Below, piece by piece: positions 58,080 through 64,000 of a stretch of DNA of 64,000 nucleotides. The stretch spans positions 4,397 through 68,396 of the forward strand of contig CAVIJD010000008.1 in the NCBI GenBank assembly GCA_963643165.1. The letters are read 5' to 3'. This DNA is from a bacterium (lineage in GTDB: Bacteria; Bacteroidota; Bacteroidia; Bacteroidales; WCHB1-69). Both the position numbers and the translations under genes were made by a program. Under the pieces are notes generated by a model. That model made no database searches. It worked only from the letters and a program-made list of their open reading frames with translations, and was not told the origin of the DNA. How positions within the stretch are numbered: position 1 is the first letter of the stretch; the number at the start of each line of letters is the position of its first letter.

Positions 58080-60656
58080 ATGGAAAATTTCAAGTATTCT
58101 GACGAGATGAACTACGCGATGGAAGAGGCCAGCAGAATCGCCGCTTACTATCGTTCCCCCTATATCGGCATCGAACACATCATGGTGGCCATCTTGCGTT
58201 ATCCGAACGAAAGCACCACCAAAAACCTGTTCGGCATATTCCGCATCGACAATGACGCATTCCGGACCAAACTCGAGAGCATCATTGACTCAGCCGAAAA
58301 CAAGACAGACACCCCTCCCGAAAAACTAAACTTCAACACACAGACCACCAACATCATACGATTGTCCTCGCTCATGTCGAAGGAATTCAGGAGTCCGGTC
58401 ATCGAATCCTACCACTTCATCTTGGCCATTCTCCGTGACGGGCGCAGCGACAGTTCGAACATCGTCAAGGCGTACCTCATCCGTTATGGTGTCTCCTACA
58501 CCACGTTCCTCAACGAGACAAAGAAAGAGTTGAACATGGAATCGGGGCGCACGGAGGCCATCTTCTCCTCGAATGACGAAGAAGACGAAGAGGACGACCG
58601 TCGATTCTCGGCCCGAGCCGGCAGAGAGGGCAGCAGAGGGTCAGCCACCCCGATGTTGGACAGTTTCGGCAAAGACCTCACCAAACTGGCGGCGGAGAAC
58701 AAACTCGACCCGGTTGTCGGGCGGCAGAAAGAGCTTGAGCGCATAGCCCAGATCCTGAGCCGGCGCAAGAAGAACAACCCTGTCCTTATCGGCGAGCCCG
58801 GCGTGGGAAAATCAGCCGTGGCGGAGGGACTGGCCATCAACATCGTGCAAGGGCACGTCTCCCGCACGTTGTTGCACAAACGTATCGTAGGCCTTGACAT
58901 GGCGTCGCTGGTGGCCGGCACCAAATACCGGGGGCAATTTGAGGAGCGTGTAAAGACCCTGCTGACCGAGATTGAGAAGAACCCCAACATCATCCTCTTC
59001 ATTGACGAATTGCACACGATGGTCGGGGCGGGCAACTCACCCGGCAGCATGGACGCGTCCAACTTGTTCAAGCCCGCCCTCGCGCGCGGCGAGATGCAGT
59101 GCATCGGCGCCACCACCCTCGACGAATACCGCGAATACATCGAAAAGGACGGGGCCTTGGAACGCCGTTTCCAGAAAATCATCCTCGAGCCCACCACCCC
59201 GGAAGAGACCGTCGAGATCCTGAACAACATCAAAGACAAATACGAAGAACACCATCTCGTGAAATACAGCGACGAGGCCATCAAAGCCTGCGTGTCACTG
59301 TCAAACCGCTATATCACAGACCGTTGCTTCCCCGACAAGGCCATCGACACCCTTGACGAGGCGGGTGCCCGTGTCCACATCCAGAACATACACATCCCTG
59401 ACGAACTGCTGCAGGTAGAGAAAGAGATCGCCGACTTTGAGAAATTGAAAATGGAGGCCATCAAGAGCCAGCAATACAATGCCGCCGCAGGCTACCGCGA
59501 CGAGATCAAGAAACTGGAACAGACACAGGAAAACATCAAGAAAGAATGGGAGAAAGAGGCGGACATGCAGCGTCCCACAGTCACCGAAGACACCGTGGCC
59601 GAAGTAGTGGCCATGATGACTGGCGTGCCCACGCAGCGCATCGCCCGCAACGAGAGCGAACGCCTCCTGAAGATGGCCGACGAACTGAAAGGGGCTGTCA
59701 TCGGGCAAGACAACGCCATCCTGAAGATTGCCAAGGCCATACGCCGCAACCGCGCCGGCCTCAAAGACCCGAACAAGCCCATCGGCACGTTCATCTTTCT
59801 GGGACCTACGGGCGTGGGCAAGACCTACCTCGCGAAAGTACTCGCCGAGTACCTTTTCGACTCGCAAGACGCCATCATCCGCATCGACATGAGCGAATAT
59901 ATGGAAAAACACACCGTCTCGCGGCTCATCGGCGCGCCTCCGGGATACGTGGGCTACGAAGAGGGCGGCCAACTTACCGAAAAAGTGCGCCGCAAACCCT
60001 ACTCCATCGTCCTGCTCGACGAAATAGAAAAAGCCCATCAGGATATTTACAACGTTCTACTGCAAGTACTTGACGAAGGGCAACTTACAGACGGCATAGG
60101 ACGCAAGGTGGACTTCCGGAACACCATCCTCATTATGACCTCCAACCTCGGTTCGCGCGAATTGAAAGACTACGGCACAGGCGTCGGCTTCAGCACCGAT
60201 GCCACCAAAGCGGCACAAGACAAAGTTGAACAAGGCATCTTGGAAAAAGCGCTGAAAGCGAACTTTTCGCCCGAGTTTCTCAACCGCATCGACGATGTCA
60301 TCTATTTCAACAGCCTCAGCAAAGACGACATACTCAAGATTGTGGACATAGAGCTCAAAAAAGTGCTGGCCAGAGTCAAAGACCTGGGCATTGACGTACA
60401 TTTCACAGACAAGGCGCGGCATTTTCTGGCCGACACAGGCTGGAATGTCCACTATGGCGCTCGCCCGCTGAAACGAGCCATCCAGAAAAACGTGGAAGAC
60501 CTGCTTGCCGAAGAAATCCTCAACCAGACCCTCCCCGAAGGTTCCGCCGTCGATATCGACTACAACGAAACAGAGGAGGCCCTGTTCATCGTGCCCCAAT
60601 CGAAAGCATTGCCCGAAAACCCTGAACAAGAGAAAACCACCGACACTACATTATAA
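58080..60656 (+). CDS. clpC: ATP-dependent Clp protease ATP-binding subunit ClpC-like
   Basis: Two AAA+ modules: GEPGVGKSAVAEGLA and FLGPTGVGKTYLAKVLAEYLF; Clp_N domain; SYILLDEIEKAHQDIYN-type motif. Confidence 0.93.
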   Translation: MENFKYSDEMNYAMEEASRIAAYYRSPYIGIEHIMVAILRYPNESTTKNLFGIFRIDNDAFRTKLESIIDSAENKTDTPPEKLNFNTQTTNIIRLSSLMSKEFRSPVIESYHFILAILRDGRSDSSNIVKAYLIRYGVSYTTFLNETKKELNMESGRTEAIFSSNDEEDEEDDRRFSARAGREGSRGSATPMLDSFGKDLTKLAAENKLDPVVGRQKELERIAQILSRRKKNNPVLIGEPGVGKSAVAEGLAINIVQGHVSRTLLHKRIVGLDMASLVAGTKYRGQFEERVKTLLTEIEKNPNIILFIDELHTMVGAGNSPGSMDASNLFKPALARGEMQCIGATTLDEYREYIEKDGALERRFQKIILEPTTPEETVEILNNIKDKYEEHHLVKYSDEAIKACVSLSNRYITDRCFPDKAIDTLDEAGARVHIQNIHIPDELLQVEKEIADFEKLKMEAIKSQQYNAAAGYRDEIKKLEQTQENIKKEWEKEADMQRPTVTEDTVAEVVAMMTGVPTQRIARNESERLLKMADELKGAVIGQDNAILKIAKAIRRNRAGLKDPNKPIGTFIFLGPTGVGKTYLAKVLAEYLFDSQDAIIRIDMSEYMEKHTVSRLIGAPPGYVGYEEGGQLTEKVRRKPYSIVLLDEIEKAHQDIYNVLLQVLDEGQLTDGIGRKVDFRNTILIMTSNLGSRELKDYGTGVGFSTDATKAAQDKVEQGILEKALKANFSPEFLNRIDDVIYFNSLSKDDILKIVDIELKKVLARVKDLGIDVHFTDKARHFLADTGWNVHYGARPLKRAIQKNVEDLLAEEILNQTLPEGSAVDIDYNETEEALFIVPQSKALPENPEQEKTTDTTL

Positions 60657-60661
60657 TAATC

Positions 60662-61183
60662 ATGCCAAACTTCAGAGCAAAATTAGGCAGCATCAAAGCA
60701 TTCGTCTTCGACTTCGACGGTGTGCTGTCAGACGGGAAAGTATATGTGCAGCGCGACGGCGAGATGGTGCGCGCCACCAGCACCAAAGACGGCTACGCCT
60801 TGCAGTACGCCTTGAAAAAAGGCTATCGGGTGGCCATCATATCCGGAGGCTACGGCGACTCCATGCGGCTTCGCTACAACGACTTCCCGGGCATGGACAT
60901 CTTCCTGCATGTCAACAACAAAATCACGCTGTTCGACAACTATCTGAAAGAGCACGGACTGGAGCCTGAAAACGTGCTGGTGATGGGCGACGACATTCCC
61001 GACTACGAGATGATGCGGCGTGCCGGCATTTGCTGCTGCCCCGCCGACGCCGCCGAAGAAATCAAACACATTGCCGACTACATCTCCTTCCAGCCCGGCG
61101 GCTGCGGCTGCGTGAGGGATGTCATCGAACAAACACTCAAGGTTCAAGGCAAGTGGTTCCAAGAAGATGCTTTCATCTGGTAA
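60662..61183 (+). CDS. HAD hydrolase, KdsC-like (KDO 8-phosphate phosphatase)
   Basis: VFDFDGVLSDGKVY; ISGGYGDSM; GDDIPDYEMMRRAG. Confidence 0.85.
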   Translation: MPNFRAKLGSIKAFVFDFDGVLSDGKVYVQRDGEMVRATSTKDGYALQYALKKGYRVAIISGGYGDSMRLRYNDFPGMDIFLHVNNKITLFDNYLKEHGLEPENVLVMGDDIPDYEMMRRAGICCCPADAAEEIKHIADYISFQPGGCGCVRDVIEQTLKVQGKWFQEDAFIW

Positions 61184-61195
61184 CCTGTTAACGAC

Positions 61196-62038
61196 ATGGG
61201 GTGTCTTTTCACCGGATTTTTCAGCGCAATAGGCTTCTGGGTCGGACTGTTTTCGAATGGTTTGGGCGGAGCCTTCCTCGGATTGTTCATCGGAGGCTGC
61301 ATCGACCTCATCATCAGTCGGACAAGTTTTCGCAAAAGAACCTACAGCGGCCGAGGCCAGTCGAGCCATTACAACGCCACCGACTTCATAGAACACGAAT
61401 TAGTGCTGGCGGCATACGTGGCAAAGTCAGACCACAACCGGCTGCTGCGTTCTGAACTGGAATACTTGCGCGACTTCCTGTCGCAGTATCTATCCCAAGA
61501 CAAGATTGGGGCCACCCTGCTCCACTTCCGCGACCTGCTTGACAGCGACACCGACATCAACGGCGTGTGTGACGACCTCAGGGCTCATGCGACCATTTCG
61601 GAAAAACTCATGATCCTGCAGTTCCTGTTCGGGTTCTCCCGCGCTGACGGGAACATGTGCGACGAAGAGGTGCAGGCCATACGGGACATCTCCGACTTGT
61701 GCGGCATCAGCAGAAGCAACTTTGAAGCTGTAAAGTCCATGTTTGCCGGCTACCGTTCCTATTACGACAGTGCCTATGGACAATCAACATTCGGAGGCTC
61801 AAGTAGTTACCAAAACTACCGCAACACCAGTTCCTTGGAAGACGACTACAAGATCCTGGAAATCTCGCCTGATGCCAGCGACAGTGACGTGAAAAAAGCC
61901 TACCGTGCCGCCGCCAAGAAGCACCACCCTGACAAAGTGGCCCACTTGGGCGAAGAGGTGCGCAAATCTGCCGAACTCAAGTTCGCTCAAGTCAACCAAG
62001 CTTACGAAAGAATCAAGAAAAGCCGGGGGATGAACTAG
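61196..62038 (+). CDS. TerB/DnaJ-domain protein (DjlA-like)
   Basis: Glycine-rich TM; TerB-like helices; C-terminal DDYKILEISPDASDSDVKKAYRAAAKKHHPDKVAHLG. Confidence 0.88.
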   Translation: MGCLFTGFFSAIGFWVGLFSNGLGGAFLGLFIGGCIDLIISRTSFRKRTYSGRGQSSHYNATDFIEHELVLAAYVAKSDHNRLLRSELEYLRDFLSQYLSQDKIGATLLHFRDLLDSDTDINGVCDDLRAHATISEKLMILQFLFGFSRADGNMCDEEVQAIRDISDLCGISRSNFEAVKSMFAGYRSYYDSAYGQSTFGGSSSYQNYRNTSSLEDDYKILEISPDASDSDVKKAYRAAAKKHHPDKVAHLGEEVRKSAELKFAQVNQAYERIKKSRGMN

Positions 62039-62072
62039 CCTCAACCTCCGGGAAAACCTTTTCTGCCCCTAT

Positions 62073-62099
62073 CGCTCCCACCTTGCGGGGGCGATTATT
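62073..62099 (+). terminator. Terminator-like hairpin after the DnaJ-domain gene
   Basis: atcgctcccaccttgcgggggcgat followed by a T-rich tract. Confidence 0.5.
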
Positions 62100-62121
62100 T
62101 TAATTTATTTTTTGCTTTTTG

Positions 62122-62151
62122 TTTGATTTATCAATATTTTTTATATTTTTG
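62122..62151 (+). promoter_or_regulatory. Bacteroidetes promoter: TTTG (62122-62125) N18 TATTTTTG (62144-62151)
   Basis: Near-consensus -33/-7 spacing upstream of the 62236 gene. Confidence 0.65.
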
Positions 62152-62235
62152 CAACGTTAAAAAAACAGACGGGGGCAAACATCGTTACCGTAAAAACAAA
62201 ACAACAATTATTAACCATCTAAAAAACAAAACAGC

Positions 62236-63762
62236 ATGAAAAAAATCTTTCAGATTCTCCTTGTCGGCGGGATTTTGTCCGGCATTGTCGGGGTTCATCC
62301 GACAAAGGCGCAACAGATTGTCTATCAAGAGAATTTTGGCTTCCCTTCGGCCACCACATTAGTGCAGGACTTCAACGAATGGCAGAACGACAGCGTCCGT
62401 TACACGGGCAGCAGCACCTGCGACATCCGCATCACCAGTGCCTCAAGCGGTTATCCTTCGGCCTCGGCGGGCGGCAACGTCATGATCAACGACACCGTGA
62501 AGTGGTTCCAGGTATCAGGTCTCAACACAGAGGGGCTCACTGGCCTGTACCTTTACTGTGGGCTTCGCAAAACAACGGCCGAGAACGGGTCCAACTTGGT
62601 GGTTGAGGCCTCCGTTGACAGCATTTCATGGCAGCGTCTGCCGCTGATTGACTCCTTGCCAACGGGAACCGGCACCTCAGGGTGGCACCGGGTGCATTTT
62701 GGCAACGTGCCGGCATGCGCCAACCTGCACATCCGCTTCTCCAACCTTGCGACAGTCGATTACCGGATTGACGACCTCTGCCTAAGGATTGGGGAAGAAA
62801 CTGTGCTTCAAACGGTTGAAGAGCCCACCTTCACTCCGGGCGGCGGCACCTTCTATGCGTCGCAACAAGTTTCCATCCAAACCGCCACGGCCGGTGCGAC
62901 CATCTACTACACACTGGACGGCACAACGCCCTCCACCCGCTCCTTGGTCTATACGGCCCCTATCGCCGTCAGCAGAACAACTACCATCAAAGCCGTCGCC
63001 GCCAAAGACAGCATGAACGACAGCGAAACAGCCACGGCGCAGTATGTCATCCTCGACACCAACTCCTTGGTAGTATTGCCCTTTGACATTTCCAACAACA
63101 GCGAGTCGGGGCATACGGACATCACGCAGATGAGCGGTTTCAGGGCTTACCATTTAGGCAACTCTTACGCTGACGGCTCCGTGAAGTTCGAGTCCTCCAA
63201 CTCAGGTAAAGCCTCTTTGGTGGCTCATCTTGACAGTGCCCCTGACTCGCTCGTCTATTTTGTCGGCGGCAGGAAAGGCGGCAGCAACCCGTCAGCCTAC
63301 GAGGGCATCGCGTTCACCGTCAGCCAGTCGCCCGACGGCAACAACTGGACCGCTCTGGTCACTCACCGGGAGACGGAGATCCCGACGGGGTCGCTCACCG
63401 GCTTCAGCCATCGCCTGCGCAGCGACACCCGTTACATCCGCTGGAGACTGGACAACGCCGGCAAAGGCAACACCCTGCTCAACGACATCCGGATCACCAA
63501 GTCGGACGGCAGCGCCGTGACCGACCATGGCAGTTTCCCGCTCTGCATCTACCCCAACCCTTCGAACTACACCATCAACGTACACACCGGCAGAATGAAC
63601 GTCTCGTCCATTGAGCTGTACAACTTGTGCGGGCAGAAAGTGTTGACGGCCGCCACCACATCCAACCCGACCATCAACATCTATGCGCTGCCGCAAGGAA
63701 CCTACATCCTGAAAGTCGTCACAGACGGAGGCACATTCCAGCGAAAAGTGATAAAGTACTGA
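62236..63762 (+). CDS. Secreted chitobiase/beta-hexosaminidase C-terminal-like protein with T9SS type A sorting domain
   Basis: GATIYYTLDGTTPSTRSLVYTAPIAV; C-terminal YPNPSNYTINVH...LYNLCGQKVL...LPQGTYILKVVTDGGTFQRKVIKY. Confidence 0.88.
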   Translation: MKKIFQILLVGGILSGIVGVHPTKAQQIVYQENFGFPSATTLVQDFNEWQNDSVRYTGSSTCDIRITSASSGYPSASAGGNVMINDTVKWFQVSGLNTEGLTGLYLYCGLRKTTAENGSNLVVEASVDSISWQRLPLIDSLPTGTGTSGWHRVHFGNVPACANLHIRFSNLATVDYRIDDLCLRIGEETVLQTVEEPTFTPGGGTFYASQQVSIQTATAGATIYYTLDGTTPSTRSLVYTAPIAVSRTTTIKAVAAKDSMNDSETATAQYVILDTNSLVVLPFDISNNSESGHTDITQMSGFRAYHLGNSYADGSVKFESSNSGKASLVAHLDSAPDSLVYFVGGRKGGSNPSAYEGIAFTVSQSPDGNNWTALVTHRETEIPTGSLTGFSHRLRSDTRYIRWRLDNAGKGNTLLNDIRITKSDGSAVTDHGSFPLCIYPNPSNYTINVHTGRMNVSSIELYNLCGQKVLTAATTSNPTINIYALPQGTYILKVVTDGGTFQRKVIKY

Positions 63763-63916
63763 TGCTCATGTCGTGAGGGCGCGTTGCAGCAGCGCCCCGC
63801 AGCTCAGGCCATAGTAGCGCAAACCGGCGACGATGCCTTGCAGCGCCCCTCACTTTTCTGTTGGCAGTTGATAATGATTTTTGTACTTTTGCCGCCTAAT
63901 ACGGACAACAAAAGAT

Positions 63917-64000
63917 ATGAAAAACGCCCTGCCTTGTATCATCCTCTGCATCCTGACCGCCATTTCAGCCTCTTCATGCAGCAAAACAGAAAGAACCTAC
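63917..64000 (+). CDS. Lipoprotein, 3'-truncated by the window edge
   Basis: MKNALPCIILCILTAISASSCSKTERTY...; lipobox; preceded by TACTTTTG at 63884-63891. Confidence 0.6.
   Translation, partial: MKNALPCIILCILTAISASSCSKTERTY

Noticed and set aside
59301-60629. Minus-strand ORFs of 245 and 190 aa
   Set aside because: Antisense shadows of clpC.

Overview
The window looks like a Bacteroidales chromosome: TAnnTTTG -7 promoter boxes, T9SS-type C-terminal domains, and typical housekeeping genes (pepD, glgB, coaD, lpxB, clpC, a KdsC-like phosphatase, an rluA-family gene). The housekeeping background is interrupted by visibly AT-richer islands. (1) A candidate radical-SAM/SPASM RiPP cassette lies at about 43.19-45.92 kb. 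Its 39-aa, 3-Cys candidate precursor is absent from the supplied ORF track. A 13-bp hairpin separates precursor and maturase, followed by a small membrane protein and an amidohydrolase-like protein. (2) A tightly packed five-gene minus-strand operon lies at 21.94-27.38 kb: a membrane protein, a G-protein-like P-loop GTPase, two proteins of parallel architecture (N-terminal domain, coiled coil, TM, C-terminal domain), and a retropepsin-like lipoprotein between them. It is a candidate undescribed GTPase-centred membrane signalling or conflict system. (3) A decayed Septu-like (PtuA ATPase/PtuB HNH) pair lies at 9.3-10.44 kb, with a traceable in-frame stop, a homopolymer frameshift and a lost Walker A half. 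Also present are a His-rich heavy-metal RND efflux operon, dispersed intergenic repeats, an ISAs1-like transposase relic, a 21-bp-arm palindromic divergent promoter, and a giant (>2311 aa) edge-truncated protein next to an FN3-like protein. No rRNA, tRNA or CRISPR array was recognised. All family assignments come from reading motifs by eye; no database search was run.
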